DNA of 49,154 nucleotides from Pseudomonas phage BUCT566. The stretch is taken from sequence record MW748993.1. The stretch is one strand, 5' to 3'. The position numbers and the translations under genes are program-made. Each line of letters begins with the position of its first letter. Position 1 is the first letter of the stretch. Positions 35,338 to 43,864 of this stretch are shown here, piece after piece. The notes beneath the pieces were generated by a model. The model searched no databases and was not told the DNA's origin. It saw only the letters and a list, made by a program, of their open reading frames with translations.

Positions 35338-35559
35338 TTAATGTCCTTTGGTGATGCCCCGGCGAACCGGGGCAGTGTTCTCACAGGCGTAACAAATTCC
35401 GGTAGCCGTCACCCCCTGGCGCCCACACTCGGGGCAGCTCGCATCGCTGCGCACCTGCTCCTGCGCATCCTCGTAGCAACCCTCGCAGCGGAATCCGTCG
35501 GACGTCTCGATCACGCGGCCGGGCGCGTTGCACCGGTCGCATTCGTGAATGATTGTCAT
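35338..35559 (-). CDS. double zinc-ribbon protein
   Basis: 73 aa from MTIIHECDRC (AAGGAG RBS); CxxC..CxxC..CPEC..CYAC; last 14 codons are encoded by hairpin repeat copy C. Confidence 0.45.
   Translation of the reverse strand: MTIIHECDRCNAPGRVIETSDGFRCEGCYEDAQEQVRSDASCPECGRQGVTATGICYACENTAPVRRGITKGH
35356..35373 (-). repeat. hairpin repeat copy C (inside 3' end of zinc-ribbon gene)
   Basis: GCCCCGG-TTCG-CCGGGGC-ATCACCAAAGGACAT-TAA. Confidence 0.6.
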
Positions 35560-35576
35560 CGGGTCGACTCCTTGCA

Positions 35577-35783
35577 TCACGCATGCATCCGCACGGTGAT
35601 GTAGCCGTTGCTTGCAACTACGTGCTCCCAGCAATTGAAGAAGACGGACTGTCCGAACTTCTTCATTGCCGCCTGGCGAACCTTCACCTCAACGTCCAGA
35701 GGCTGTTCACCGGCGCCCGGCAGGGCAAGCCATTGCAGGCTCTTTCCGTCGCTCAGGTGGGAATCGATGTTGAATTGAGCCAT
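35577..35783 (-). CDS. hypothetical protein
   Basis: 68-aa ORF. Confidence 0.4.
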   Translation of the reverse strand: MAQFNIDSHLSDGKSLQWLALPGAGEQPLDVEVKVRQAAMKKFGQSVFFNCWEHVVASNGYITVRMHA

Positions 35784-35793
35784 TCCATTCTCC

Positions 35794-36000
35794 TTACCAG
35801 GGTTTACCGGCGTTGATGTATGCGCTTCCTGCTAGCTCGGTTAGAGCTAATAGCTGCCAGGAATCGATCGCTCCGCCGTAGTGCAATCCGCGCAACATCC
35901 CGACCGTTTCGTAGTACTCGATGCGCGCTCGGTGTACGTCGCTCTCCCTGCGAATGATTCGAAGAGACTGACGTAAAGCCCGTGAGGCCTTTTCATTCAT
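35794..36000 (-). CDS. hypothetical protein, first gene of PL operon
   Basis: 68 aa from MNEKASRALRQ with GGAGGG RBS; upstream in-frame extension lacks RBS. Confidence 0.4.
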   Translation of the reverse strand: MNEKASRALRQSLRIIRRESDVHRARIEYYETVGMLRGLHYGGAIDSWQLLALTELAGSAYINAGKPW

Positions 36001-36284
36001 CGTCTTGCCCTCCAGGGCGTGTTGACTTCCCGTCTGGCCCTCGGTGGAGGGCCAGCTAGTGAAATCGGTGTTTCTCCGTACCTGCATGCGGGTCATTCGC
36101 TCGGTTCAGCATTTCGCTTCGTCCGCCGTCGCAGTGGTCTGCGCGTTGGCAGGCTTTCGGGCCTGTCGGATCGCCGGTCGCCGTAGAGGCAGGCTTGGTT
36201 GTTTCCCCTGGATTTCTTTCGCCCGCCAGGAGACAGCTCGGGCTGACCTAACCGGCGGTGCCGGGTAGTCGTTCATGGCGCGGG

Positions 36285-36297
36285 TTGTGAAAGAGCG
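36285..36297 (-). promoter_or_regulatory. boxA-like sequence in PL leader (possible nut site)
   Basis: minus strand CGCTCTTTCACAA vs lambda boxA CGCTCTTA / rrn boxA TGCTCTTTAACAA. Confidence 0.3.
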
Positions 36298-36344
36298 GTC
36301 GGCTCGGTGGCCTGGCGCTGCGTTGTTCTGCGGCGTTGAGGTGA

Positions 36345-36373
36345 AATTTAAGCGTGCTGAAATTCATAGTCAA
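36345..36373 (-). promoter_or_regulatory. PL-type early-left promoter
   Basis: minus strand TTGACT-17 nt-TAAATT; overlapped by operator half-sites. Confidence 0.5.
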
Positions 36374-36408
36374 GCGTGCTGAAGAAAATATTTTCAGTTT
36401 GCTGAATT
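36346..36408. promoter_or_regulatory. OL operator cluster
   Basis: ATTTAAG-cgtg-CTGAAAT (36346-63), half-site GCGTGCTGAAGA (~36370-86), TTTTCAG-tttg-CTGAATT (36391-408); share CTGAAAT half-site with OR palindrome. Confidence 0.45.
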
Positions 36409-36426
36409 TGGCGAGATTGCCAGGCA

Positions 36427-36450
36427 CGAAAAAGCCCGCGCTAGGCGGGC
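36427..36450 (-). terminator. intrinsic terminator after repressor gene
   Basis: minus strand GCCCGC-ctagc-GCGGGC followed by TTTTTCGTG. Confidence 0.5.
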
Positions 36451-36471
36451 CTTGTTGGGATTACCGAAACT

Positions 36472-37200
36472 CTATCTGCGAGGGGCTCGCCGTACCGTGG
36501 ACCACCAGAACACGCGCCCAAGCATTGCAATCTGGGCGAACTGCTCGGCGGTCAGTATCTCGTCTGGGTACTCGTCGCTGTTTTCGCTCCTGATGCGGAC
36601 TGAGTTTCCGGGCATCGAATAGAGATATTTGACGCGAAGCATTCCATCCTGATTGAAGGCGTAGATCTCACCGTCGACGATGTGTGTGAAGCTGGTGTCG
36701 AAGCCGATAGCGGCACCATCAAGGATCAACCTCTCCATGGATCTCCCACGAACTCGGGCTACTGCGGCACATTCGGGCTCCACGCCTGCTGACCGAAGCG
36801 TGTCCTTTGAGAACCGAAGCTTTCTGTCAGCGATTTCAACGACTTCCGTCATACCGTTCCCTGCGGCAAGTTCCACCTCAGAGTAGTACGGCAGTTCTAC
36901 TTCGTCATCCTCAAGCGGCGTGTCTGCATCCCAAGCAGAGACTAAGCCGACCAGTTCGCCCTGGTTGTGGTCTGGCCCTACGTCGATGGCTCGCTCTGGT
37001 CCAGACCCAAGCGTTATCCACTCCGCGCGGAAGCCGGTGGCTTTCGCAAGGGCGAAGGCGCTTTCCGCCTTGAGGCTCTTGCTGTCGCCATTAATCCACT
37101 GAGTGACGGCTGAGGGCGCGACGTCGCAAAGCTTTGCGATTTCACTTTTCGTTTTCCCGCTGAGCTGGATGGCTCGCGCGATTCGTTCGTTTCTGTTCAT
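36472..37200 (-). CDS. cI: CI-like repressor (HTH_XRE + S24 LexA-like peptidase domain)
   Basis: N-terminal IAKLCDVAPSAVTQW HTH; C-terminal GRSME (Ser) ... RVK (Lys) autocleavage dyad; divergent from cro. Confidence 0.8.
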   Translation of the reverse strand: MNRNERIARAIQLSGKTKSEIAKLCDVAPSAVTQWINGDSKSLKAESAFALAKATGFRAEWITLGSGPERAIDVGPDHNQGELVGLVSAWDADTPLEDDEVELPYYSEVELAAGNGMTEVVEIADRKLRFSKDTLRSAGVEPECAAVARVRGRSMERLILDGAAIGFDTSFTHIVDGEIYAFNQDGMLRVKYLYSMPGNSVRIRSENSDEYPDEILTAEQFAQIAMLGRVFWWSTVRRAPRR

Positions 37201-37252
37201 CCGATGATGTTAAGGCAGCTTAATTTAAGTGGGTGCAAAACTCGGAAGCCTG

Positions 37253-37281
37253 TTGCGAACATTATTTCAGTGTGCTGAAAT
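37253..37281 (+). promoter_or_regulatory. PR-type promoter with overlapping operator palindrome
   Basis: TTGCGA-17 nt-TGAAAT; perfect ATTTCAG-tgtg-CTGAAAT inverted repeat at 37264-81. Confidence 0.45.
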
Positions 37282-37308
37282 TGGTTCATTGCTACGCGAG
37301 GACGCGCA

Positions 37309-37482
37309 ATGAACATGAACGAAGCCATCCAGCATTTTGGCTCCAAAAAGAAGCTCGCTGAGGCCCTGGGCATCCGGCCGAGCGCTGTCACTCAGTGGGG
37401 AGAGTCGATCCCCGTAGGCCGCCAGTACCAGCTTCAAGTCATCAGCAAGAACAAGCTGAAGGCTGATCAGAAGGCCGCCTGA
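37309..37482 (+). CDS. cro: Cro-like HTH repressor (57 aa)
   Basis: GAGGA RBS; MNMNEAIQHFGSKKKLAEALGIRPSAVTQWGESIP; below ORF-track size cutoff. Confidence 0.6.
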   Translation: MNMNEAIQHFGSKKKLAEALGIRPSAVTQWGESIPVGRQYQLQVISKNKLKADQKAA

Positions 37483-37483
37483 C

Positions 37484-37792
37484 ATGACAGCCAGCCAATT
37501 AAACCCCGAGCAGGAAGCAAGGGCCCGCAAGAACTACAGCCTCATCGTGCAGCGACTTGCATCGGTTGGAAATGCGCCGGTTGCGCATGCAGTCGGTTGC
37601 GACGAGTCGACGATCAGTCGGATGAAGCCTGAGAAGTTCCTGGAGTTCGCCCGGATCTTGGCTGTGCTGGACCTGAAGGTCGTAGGCAACGAGATGAAGT
37701 GCTTCAACGAGAAGGAGATCGCCGCGATCTTGCACCTGGCGAAGTCGAAGCTCTCTGAGGTCGAGAGCGTCGAGCAGTTGGAGTGGGACTGA
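37484..37792 (+). CDS. cII: CII-like transcriptional activator
   Basis: AHAVGCDESTISRMK...KFLEFARILAVLDLKVV parallels lambda CII AEAVGVDKSQISRWK...KFSMLLAVLEWGVV. Confidence 0.6.
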   Translation: MTASQLNPEQEARARKNYSLIVQRLASVGNAPVAHAVGCDESTISRMKPEKFLEFARILAVLDLKVVGNEMKCFNEKEIAAILHLAKSKLSEVESVEQLEWD

Positions 37793-38055
37793 TGGCTAGA
37801 CGTCCCAAGCACATCAACGCGCTACTGGACCGGGCCCTGGCCGGAATGGGCGGGGAGTCTGGAGAGCCGGCCGCTTCTCGAGAGGAGTACCAACAGCTAG
37901 CCGCTGCTGCGGCTGAAATGGTTGGTTCGAGCTTTACCAAAGACCGGAAACGAAAAACCGCAGGACTGTGTTTGCAGTACCTGCGGCTTTCATTGCGTGC
38001 GCCGGCTGCAACCGGTGAACGCAGGGAACATCACGAACGGACGGACAGAGTATGA
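37792..38055 (+). CDS. hypothetical protein
   Basis: 87 aa, ATGA overlap with cII-like stop. Confidence 0.4.
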   Translation: MARRPKHINALLDRALAGMGGESGEPAASREEYQQLAAAAAEMVGSSFTKDRKRKTAGLCLQYLRLSLRAPAATGERREHHERTDRV

Positions 38056-38846
38056 GCAATATCGTTTCATTACGCAACACCGGGGGGTTTACCCGGATGG
38101 ACAACGAGCTGTATGAAGCCCTGATAGGGGCTGAATTGTCGGGGCGTGAGCTTCGTGTCGCCCTGGCCATCCATCGCCTCACCGTTGGGTACAACGTCGA
38201 GGAGGCGCGCATCGCTGCCTCGGTTATCGCTGACATGTCCGGAATCCACCGAGAGGATGTCTCCCGGGCGATCTGCGAGTTAATCCGCCAGCGAGTGATT
38301 TACCGTACCGGAGGGAGCCGGAGCCCGATGGGTTTCGCACCGGTTTCTGAGTGGAAAATCGACGGAAAGAACACCCACCAGAACAAGCAGAAATCAGTGC
38401 CACAGTGTGGCGTTTCTACCACATCCAATGTGGCGTTCTTACCACACAATAAAGACAGTAAAGACAATTCAGTTCCTTCGGAACTTGTCGACGCTGTCGC
38501 TTCGACCGATCCGGTTTTGGTTCTCGACGGTTCGCCATCGTCTGATCAACCCAAGTCCGAGCGGATCCCGTTCTCTCGGATCCAAGAAATCTACAACCGG
38601 GTTTGCGGTGGCAAGCTGCCCGAGTGCCTGAAGCTCAGCGAAGATCGCAAGCGCAATATCCGCAAGTGTTGGAATCTCCAGTTCGGTGGTGGATACCCGT
38701 TCCGCAAGGGGGAGTTTTGGGAGGGGTATTTCCATGACTGCCTGACAAACCGGCATTGGCTTGGCGAGAACGACCGTAGTTGGCGAGCAGACATTGAGTT
38801 TCTGACCCGCGAGAAGACCGTGTTGAAAGTCCTGGAGGGCGCGTGA
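38052..38846 (+). CDS. replication initiator, lambda O-like
   Basis: N-terminal ELRVALAIHRLTVGYN (phage replication protein O N-domain pattern); iteron-containing AT-rich origin inside coding region. Confidence 0.6.
   Translation: MSNIVSLRNTGGFTRMDNELYEALIGAELSGRELRVALAIHRLTVGYNVEEARIAASVIADMSGIHREDVSRAICELIRQRVIYRTGGSRSPMGFAPVSEWKIDGKNTHQNKQKSVPQCGVSTTSNVAFLPHNKDSKDNSVPSELVDAVASTDPVLVLDGSPSSDQPKSERIPFSRIQEIYNRVCGGKLPECLKLSEDRKRNIRKCWNLQFGGGYPFRKGEFWEGYFHDCLTNRHWLGENDRSWRADIEFLTREKTVLKVLEGA
38406..38470 (+). other. putative ori: iterons + AT-rich tract inside O-like gene
   Basis: TGTGGCGTTTCTACCACA and TGTGGCGTTCTTACCACA (each internally palindromic) then CAATAAAGACAGTAAAGACAATTC. Confidence 0.4.
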
Positions 38847-40243
38847 TGGATGAGCGTCCGCTGGTAGCGATGGAAGCTGAGCAGGGTGTGCTTGGCGCGC
38901 TGATGAAGAAACCGGAACTGTGCGAGGTTGTTGGGGCTTTCCTTTCCCCGACCGACTTCAGCCATGCCGACAACTCGGTGGTCTACAGCCTGATCCTTGC
39001 CTGTCATTCGAAGGCCATCGTGCCTGATCCGCTTTCTCTGGCGGAGGCTAGGTCGGAGCTTCCAAGTGGCGCCTTTACGCTTGCATACGCCAACGATCTA
39101 TGGCGCGAAGTTGCAAGCACAGCTAGCGCCGAAAACTTCGCCAGGATTGTCGTCGAGCGTGCAAAGGCTCGGGAGCTGTACGAAGCGGGCGAACGGATCA
39201 TGAACATCGCCCTTCAGAGAGGGAAAATCCCGGACCAGGTGGCTGAAGCGCAGGGCATCGTTCTTGATCTCAACGCCCAGGACGAGACTCCTGACGTGGT
39301 GACGCTGCGCGAGGCAATGCTCCCAGTCTTCGACGAAATGGAAGTTCGCTGGAAGGGAACTCAGTCGGTCGGACTGAAGTTCAACCTGCCAGACCTCGAT
39401 GCCGTTATCCAGGGATTGCGTCCCGGCAACCTGGCAATCATCGCTGGTCGGCCTGGCACGGGTAAGACGGTTCTCGGGGTGGGGATTGCTGACGAAATTG
39501 CCGTTCGCAACCGGGGAGCCGCGTTGATCTTCTCGCTGGAGATGTCTCAGGCCGAACTTGCAAAACGTTCGCTCGCATCGCTTTCTGGTGTTTCGCAAGC
39601 GGCGATCGACTCAGGCAAAGCGCTGGAGTGCCAGGACTCTATTGCACGCATGACTGCTGCAGTGGACCAAGTCTCCAGGGGTGATGTGCGAATTTGCGAC
39701 AAGGGAGGACTGACTTTCAGTCGGATCTGCTCCATCGCCCGATTCCAGCATCGAGCAAAGCCGCTGAGCCTGATCGTCATCGACTATCTCGGGCTTATCA
39801 CCTCCGATCCGAGTCACCGTCATCAGAACCGAAACCAAGAACTTGGCGCCATAAGCCGAGGGCTAAAGGCTCTCGCCAAAGAGCTTGGCATTCCAATTGT
39901 CGCGCTTGCTCAGCTCAATCGGAGTATCGAAACCCGGGCCGACGCCAAGCCCAAAATGAGCGACCTGCGCGATTCCGGCGAGATCGAACAAGACGCCGAC
40001 GTGATCATCATGGCTCACCGGGATATGAGCACTGAGCGTGGACAGAACGGTATCACCGAGCTTGATGTCGTGAAGTGTCGCCACGCAAAGCCCGGCTTCT
40101 GCCTGTTGCAGTTCCAGGGCGAGTTCGCGCGCTTCGTCAGTTGCGCCCAGGACCGGGAAGAGCAGCAGGAGCAGACGGTTCGTCCGCAGCGTCCTTCCGC
40201 GCGATCAATGGTCGCCGACTTCAAGCCGCGAGGTGCCCAATGA
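38846..40243 (+). CDS. dnaB: replicative DNA helicase (DnaB family)
   Basis: Walker A GRPGTGKT, DnaB N-terminal domain, GGAGGG RBS, start overlaps O stop. Confidence 0.8.
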   Translation: MDERPLVAMEAEQGVLGALMKKPELCEVVGAFLSPTDFSHADNSVVYSLILACHSKAIVPDPLSLAEARSELPSGAFTLAYANDLWREVASTASAENFARIVVERAKARELYEAGERIMNIALQRGKIPDQVAEAQGIVLDLNAQDETPDVVTLREAMLPVFDEMEVRWKGTQSVGLKFNLPDLDAVIQGLRPGNLAIIAGRPGTGKTVLGVGIADEIAVRNRGAALIFSLEMSQAELAKRSLASLSGVSQAAIDSGKALECQDSIARMTAAVDQVSRGDVRICDKGGLTFSRICSIARFQHRAKPLSLIVIDYLGLITSDPSHRHQNRNQELGAISRGLKALAKELGIPIVALAQLNRSIETRADAKPKMSDLRDSGEIEQDADVIIMAHRDMSTERGQNGITELDVVKCRHAKPGFCLLQFQGEFARFVSCAQDREEQQEQTVRPQRPSARSMVADFKPRGAQ

Positions 40244-40359
40244 AACGCTCCTGGACAGTGATCGTAGGCGCCAAGCGCTTCACGATGATCCTGATGGAAG
40301 ACAGCGACCCGGTAGAGGTCGTGAAGAGCATCTGGCCTGAAGGGAGGATCGAGCAGTGA
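40240..40359 (+). CDS. small protein (39 aa)
   Basis: ATGA overlap with dnaB stop, AGGTG RBS. Confidence 0.3.
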   Translation: MKRSWTVIVGAKRFTMILMEDSDPVEVVKSIWPEGRIEQ

Positions 40360-40382
40360 CGCCCGCAAAACAGGAGTCCCTC

Positions 40383-40865
40383 ATGCAGGGACAGACCGGC
40401 ATCGCGAAGAAGGTCTACGAGTGCGTACCGATCTCTGAGCCCTGGCGTTCGTTCCAGGTGCTGACCGCGCTCCGCAACATGACCGGAAGCACGCCGGACG
40501 TTCGGATTGTCCAGGGCTGTCTGCGCGACCTGGTCGATTCCGGACTGATCCGCCGCACTGGTACTGACCACTACCAACGAATCCAAGTCGAGAAAAAGAC
40601 CAAGCCTCAGGAGCCGAAGATGGGCGAGCCCGCGAAGAAGATCGAAACCCAGCCCGAGCCGAAGCGCTCTGCCTCCCCGCTGGAGATGCTGGGCGAACTG
40701 GCAAACGAGCTTGCCGGCATGGCGGAGAACATGAAGCGCCTGTCTGATCGCATCGAGGACGTCGCTCTGGCAGTTGAGCAGGAGCGCGAATCGAACGCCA
40801 AGTCGATGGAAAGCTATCGCCAGCTCAAGGCGCTACTGAAGAGCCTGCAAGGGGAGGGCGAGTGA
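40383..40865 (+). CDS. hypothetical protein
   Basis: 160 aa from MQGQTGIAKK with CAGGAG RBS (GTG 40356 alternative). Confidence 0.45.
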   Translation: MQGQTGIAKKVYECVPISEPWRSFQVLTALRNMTGSTPDVRIVQGCLRDLVDSGLIRRTGTDHYQRIQVEKKTKPQEPKMGEPAKKIETQPEPKRSASPLEMLGELANELAGMAENMKRLSDRIEDVALAVEQERESNAKSMESYRQLKALLKSLQGEGE

Positions 40866-40866
40866 C

Positions 40867-41067
40867 ATGGATATCGTAGACATCGCCAACGACTACGCCG
40901 AGCGCGAACTCGCTGAACGACTGTACTCCCGAGTCAAGTACGTCGGCGAGAGCCTGTACGAATGTGAAGACTGCGGCGAGGAGATTCCTGTGGCGCGGCG
41001 GGCACTCGTTCTTGGGGTTAGGAAGTGCCGTGACTGCGCGGAACTGGCTGAGCGGAGGGCTGTGTGA
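40867..41067 (+). CDS. TraR/DksA-type C4 zinc-finger protein (NinD-like)
   Basis: CEDCGEEIP...RR...C..C pattern, 66 aa. Confidence 0.5.
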   Translation: MDIVDIANDYAERELAERLYSRVKYVGESLYECEDCGEEIPVARRALVLGVRKCRDCAELAERRAV

Positions 41068-41264
41068 TGGATGTTAAAACGCACTATTGCTCGTTCTGCG
41101 GAGAGTCCGAGCACGACCTAAAGGCGCTCATCAAAGGCCCGTCGGCGCTGATCTGTGATGCATGTGTTGCTCTGTGTGTGGAACTGCTCGAGGACAAGGG
41201 CCATTGGCCGCCAGTTCCTTGTGGTTCTGGAGTTTCCGAATCCAATCAGGAGGAGGTCGAGTGA
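41067..41264 (+). CDS. stand-alone ClpX N-terminal zinc-binding-domain (zf-C4_ClpX) protein
   Basis: YCSFCGESEHDLKALIKGPSALICDACVALC vs E. coli ClpX [32 protein letters not shown]. Confidence 0.55.
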   Translation: MDVKTHYCSFCGESEHDLKALIKGPSALICDACVALCVELLEDKGHWPPVPCGSGVSESNQEEVE

Positions 41265-41515
41265 TGCGGAACTATCGCAAGCCAGAGATGTACTCGGACG
41301 CCGATTGGGAAATGGTCCAGGGCTACATGGCCGGCAAGGATGGCCTGCGCGCCGAACGGTCCACGGCAGCCTACATGCATGGTTATCGCAATGGGGTTTC
41401 GGACAGGACTGGTGTTCCTCACGAACGCGCCGAGGTTCTTCGTCGCCGTGCGGAGATGATCCCCGGTATCACTCCCCATAGGGCCTGGTTCCAGGGGAGG
41501 GCGCCACGTGACTGA
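41264..41515 (+). CDS. hypothetical protein
   Basis: 83 aa, CAGGAGGAGG RBS, ATGA overlap. Confidence 0.4.
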   Translation: MRNYRKPEMYSDADWEMVQGYMAGKDGLRAERSTAAYMHGYRNGVSDRTGVPHERAEVLRRRAEMIPGITPHRAWFQGRAPRD

Positions 41516-41783
41516 CTTCTTCGAACTCCTCGACGAGCCTGGCGCTCAGGTTGCGGACGGTCCGCTCCCGGGGAGGAAAGGGTGGGGCAAGGCGCCGTTC
41601 TGTGGAAAAAAGGCCCACCACTTCGAGCTTGTCTTTGCCGACACCATCGGCCCGCATGGGCGAGAAAAGTACTGGGTCGCTCTCTGTGGTGCTGATGCCG
41701 TTACTACCGACAAGGCGCCGATGTTCTCGCCTGGTAGCTGGCAACGGTGCAAGAACTGTGAGCGGAGGGAAAGCCATGGCTGA
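41508..41783 (+). CDS. Cys-rich hypothetical protein
   Basis: GTG start after GGGGAGGG; CG..H, C..C motifs. Confidence 0.4.
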   Translation: MTDFFELLDEPGAQVADGPLPGRKGWGKAPFCGKKAHHFELVFADTIGPHGREKYWVALCGADAVTTDKAPMFSPGSWQRCKNCERRESHG

Positions 41784-42246
41784 TCGAATCGCCGTAAACA
41801 GCGCCGCGCGCCTGTCTGAGGCGATCACCCGCCTGACCGCAATGTACCGCGAGAAAAAGTACGTCGTGGTTTCCCTTCGCCCCGGGAAGGACAGAACACT
41901 GGACCAGAACGCCCTATGGTTCGCGCTCTACCAGCGAATTGCCCAGATGACCGGAATGGATGACGTAGAGGACGCTCGCCGGTACTGCAAGCTTCATTTC
42001 GGCGTGCCGATCATGCGCGCAGCCGATGCCGATTTCCGCGATGGCTGGAACCGCCTGTTCTTGCACCTGGACTATGAAACCAAGATCCGCCTGATGGGCG
42101 CCTGCGCCATGTTCGGACCGGATGGCTTCCCCGTGACCAGGCTGTTCAATCGGGCCCAGGGCATCGCCTACACCGACGCCATCGTTGCCGAATTCTCGGA
42201 GAAGGGCGTTTTCTTCAACGATCTGCTTAGCGAGGACGCAGCATGA
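41776..42246 (+). CDS. ninB: NinB-like recombination protein
   Basis: MADRIAVNSAARL...LDQNALWFALYQRIA resembles NinB N-terminal conserved region; GGAGGG RBS. Confidence 0.6.
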   Translation: MADRIAVNSAARLSEAITRLTAMYREKKYVVVSLRPGKDRTLDQNALWFALYQRIAQMTGMDDVEDARRYCKLHFGVPIMRAADADFRDGWNRLFLHLDYETKIRLMGACAMFGPDGFPVTRLFNRAQGIAYTDAIVAEFSEKGVFFNDLLSEDAA

Positions 42247-42506
42247 GCAAGTTCAAGGCGGGCGATCTCGCTCTTAATCTGCAAGACATCCCCAACTGCA
42301 TCAGTGCGGGAGTGGTAGTCGAGTTGATGTCTCGACTTGCCCCCGGCGATCTGTTTGTCGAAGACGACCAGACCTTTCAGGTGAATCGGCCAGCTTGGTG
42401 GGTGCTCCACGAAGGTGATCGTCTCTACATACCTGAACGGTATCTCATGCCCCTGCGCGGCGACTTCCAGCCCGAGCAGCAGAAGGCGAAGGGGGTGGAG
42501 GCATGA
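42243..42506 (+). CDS. hypothetical protein
   Basis: 87-aa ORF, ATGA-coupled. Confidence 0.45.
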   Translation: MSKFKAGDLALNLQDIPNCISAGVVVELMSRLAPGDLFVEDDQTFQVNRPAWWVLHEGDRLYIPERYLMPLRGDFQPEQQKAKGVEA

Positions 42507-42661
42507 GCAGGCGGCAGGTTGCAAAAATTCTGGTGGGCCAGCTTCTGGTCATCGCACTCATCATCTACACGCAGACCTCTGCGGCCATCAGCCCATGGAT
42601 TGTCTCAATGGTTGGGACGGCCACCCTATGGCTTGGCTACTTCGCGGGAGAAGAGCTATGA
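42503..42661 (+). CDS. small membrane protein (52 aa)
   Basis: ATGA-coupled; two hydrophobic helices. Confidence 0.35.
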   Translation: MSRRQVAKILVGQLLVIALIIYTQTSAAISPWIVSMVGTATLWLGYFAGEEL

Positions 42662-42891
42662 GCCGCAGCTTGTTCTTCCGCGCCATGCGGAGAGTTCCTG
42701 TTCGGCCAAGAGCGCTCATTGTCCTGATGATCATGATCGCCTTTGGCTGGGTGCCTCTTGTGGTGGCCGTATGCGAGGCAGTCGGCGAAGGGGTTCGGGC
42801 CTGCCGGCAGGAATCGTCCAGGCTCTACGGCGACTTCAGCAAAGCTTTCACCGACTGCTGGAAAGCCTTGGTTTCGGGGGAGCCTCAATGA
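42658..42891 (+). CDS. small membrane protein (77 aa)
   Basis: ATGA-coupled both sides; LIVLMIMIAFGWVPLVVAV. Confidence 0.4.
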   Translation: MSRSLFFRAMRRVPVRPRALIVLMIMIAFGWVPLVVAVCEAVGEGVRACRQESSRLYGDFSKAFTDCWKALVSGEPQ

Positions 42892-43532
42892 GCCTATCCG
42901 CCAGCCAGCCCAAACCGAAGAAATGCCAGAACCCTGCATGCGGCCAGGAGTTCACCCCTCGCTTCAGCAGCACGCAAAAGGTCTGCTCCCCGGCCTGCGC
43001 CCTGGCCATCAAGGACAAGAACGCCAAGCCGGCGCGGAAGGCCATCGCTGACCGCGAGCGGAAGGAGATCAAGGTTCGGAAGGAGCGGTTGAAGACGCAC
43101 AGCGACCACATCAAAGATGCAGAGAAAGCCGTTCGGGACTACCGGCGCACCTACGAACTTTCCATCGGCAGCGGCTGCATAAGCTGCGGCAAGTCTCAGG
43201 CCGAGGCACTGGCCGAACAAGGCTGGAAGACTGGAGGTGCATTCGACGCAGGGCATTTCCTCGGCAAGGGGGCAAGGCCCGAGCACCGCCTGGAGCCATC
43301 CAACATATGGCTTCAATGCAAGGCATGTAACGCCGGCTCCAGCAAGTACGCCAGGAAGGGGCTTACCGTTTCCCAGGGCTTCCGTGAGGGCTTGATCGAA
43401 CGCATCGGCCTGGAAGCTGTAGAGGCTCTGGAAGCCGATCACCGTCCCCGCAAGTACACCAACGACGAACTGAAGGCGATCACCGCCGAGTACCGCGCCA
43501 AGCTGCGCGAACTGAAGAGGGCAACGGCATGA
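42888..43532 (+). CDS. ninG: NinG/Rap-like recombination endonuclease
   Basis: 214 aa from [22 protein letters not shown]...CSPAC; multiple Cys pairs; GGGGGAG RBS; ORF-track N-terminal extension spurious. Confidence 0.6.
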   Translation: MSLSASQPKPKKCQNPACGQEFTPRFSSTQKVCSPACALAIKDKNAKPARKAIADRERKEIKVRKERLKTHSDHIKDAEKAVRDYRRTYELSIGSGCISCGKSQAEALAEQGWKTGGAFDAGHFLGKGARPEHRLEPSNIWLQCKACNAGSSKYARKGLTVSQGFREGLIERIGLEAVEALEADHRPRKYTNDELKAITAEYRAKLRELKRATA

Positions 43533-43864
43533 CCAAAGAAACTCTGACCATCGTTCTCTTCAGCATAGGGAGCGGTCTCATCGGTTATGCGATCGGTATT
43601 GCTGCCGCCTGGCTGGGCAACTGGTTCACCGACGGTTATCACCCGCTGCTGCTGTCGAACATGGTCAGCACGCCAGGTGCTGAGGATGGTGAGCGCGCCA
43701 ACGAATACCCCGATTATCTGGAGCCTCCGAGAGGCTGTTTCGGCATGTGCTGTGCTGGATGTGATGCTCGCTCGCAGGTCAACTCCAGGAGCAAAACAGT
43801 CAGCGAACAGACAGACCAATCTTACGTTTTAAACGCCGTGCTCAGCGCTCAAGGGGGCGAATGA
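43529..43864 (+). CDS. single-TM membrane protein
   Basis: 111 aa, N-terminal TM helix, Cys-rich mid region. Confidence 0.45.
   Translation: MTKETLTIVLFSIGSGLIGYAIGIAAAWLGNWFTDGYHPLLLSNMVSTPGAEDGERANEYPDYLEPPRGCFGMCCAGCDARSQVNSRSKTVSEQTDQSYVLNAVLSAQGGE

Noticed and set aside
36106-36276. 56-aa basic ORF (minus strand) just downstream of boxA-like site as an N-like antiterminator
   Set aside because: No Shine-Dalgarno, Arg/Ala/Pro composition is what a random high-GC frame gives; kept only as a note in the immunity-region finding
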